Below are positions 63,675 to 64,000 of a stretch of 64,000 bases of DNA, piece by piece. The notes below the pieces were generated by a model that was given only the letters and a program-made list of their open reading frames with translations, did not search any database and was not told the origin of the DNA. Location: the NCBI GenBank assembly GCA_002429485.1, contig DIZX01000009.1, forward strand, positions 5,461 through 69,460, in the 5' to 3' direction. Source of the DNA: Patescibacteria group bacterium UBA6017 (lineage in GTDB: Bacteria; Patescibacteriota; Saccharimonadia; UBA4664). How positions within the stretch are numbered: position 1 is the first letter of the stretch; each line of letters opens with the position of its first letter. The position numbers and the translations under genes are program-made.

Positions 63675-64000
63675 ATGGACTCGAGTCGTCAAAAAATGGA
63701 ATATGGTGGATTTAATTGGAGTGCAGCCTTCTTTGGATGGCTGGTTGCGGCTGCAGTCGGTGTGCTACTCACAGCTTTACTCACGGCTATTGGAGGAGTG
63801 TTCGTTGTTGCGACGGGCGCAGGCAATGTGATGGCCAATCTAAAATCAATTAGTATTATGAGCGGTATTTTATTCCTTCTAGCGCTAGGTTTGTCTTACT
63901 ACGCCGGAGGTTATGTAGCCGGGCGCATGTCTCGTTTCGATGGCGGCCGTCAAGGTTTTGGAGTATGGGTAATGGCGCTCATTGTTACGTTGGTGCTATC
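63675..64000 (+). CDS. membrane protein (partial; continues beyond the window end)
   Basis: Strong RBS AAAGGAGG 5 nt before the ATG. MDSSRQKMEYGGFNWSAAFFGWLVAAAVGVLLTALLTAIGGVFVV... has several TM helices. Confidence 0.5.
   Translation, partial: MDSSRQKMEYGGFNWSAAFFGWLVAAAVGVLLTALLTAIGGVFVVATGAGNVMANLKSISIMSGILFLLALGLSYYAGGYVAGRMSRFDGGRQGFGVWVMALIVTLVL

Noticed and set aside
1-64000. Search for an integrase, transposase or recombinase associated with the islands
   Set aside because: No ORF shows tyrosine or serine recombinase or DDE transposase motifs. The islands are interpreted as fixed or decayed.

Overview
The window looks like chromosome from a monoderm bacterium, probably Actinomycetota-like. 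The lineage call rests on a LysM plus Rpf-type transglycosylase, a sortase, an actinobacterial-type PspA and PRC-barrel/YsnF proteins. GC composition is strongly mosaic.

I call about 60 protein genes and two tRNAs (Glu-CTC, Leu-CAA).
- **Housekeeping:** gltX, mreB, murI, cmk, galE, FKBP and a partial scpA at the left edge.
- **Signalling:** two paralogous sensor-kinase / single-domain-receiver pairs.
- **Cell envelope:** sortase, TagA/WecG, an O-antigen-ligase-like protein, RlpA-like, DUF3048, MscS and YggT-like genes.
- **Secreted glycan-active cluster:** a CE4 deacetylase with two CBMs, a GH16, a CBM-like protein and a lyase-like jelly-roll protein. An alcohol-dehydrogenase pseudogene remnant sits inside the cluster.

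Three accessory regions stand out.
1. A 5.3-kb AT-rich island sits after tRNA-Glu. It is flanked by 52-bp direct repeats that include the tRNA 3-prime end, and it carries a DHQS-like sugar-phosphate-cyclase / SDR / GHMP-kinase / NUDIX cassette.
2. An AT-rich defense island carries XRE, ImmA and a single-chain Type IIG restriction-modification enzyme translationally coupled to a membrane protein, with RhuM and a DUF2779 nuclease nearby.
3. The most novel region is a tight six-gene minus-strand operon (46065-52388). A NOX/ferric-reductase-type transmembrane flavocytochrome is followed by membrane-anchored extracellular proteins with Ig-like repeats and a cytochrome-b5-like C-terminal domain, interleaved with three DUF4352-like anchored proteins. 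I propose it as an undescribed transmembrane-to-extracellular electron relay.

I found no CRISPR array, rRNA, integrase or transposase. Hand-derived coordinates of non-ORF features are accurate to about plus or minus 2 nt. CDS coordinates follow the supplied ORF track, with starts re-picked by codon arithmetic where stated.
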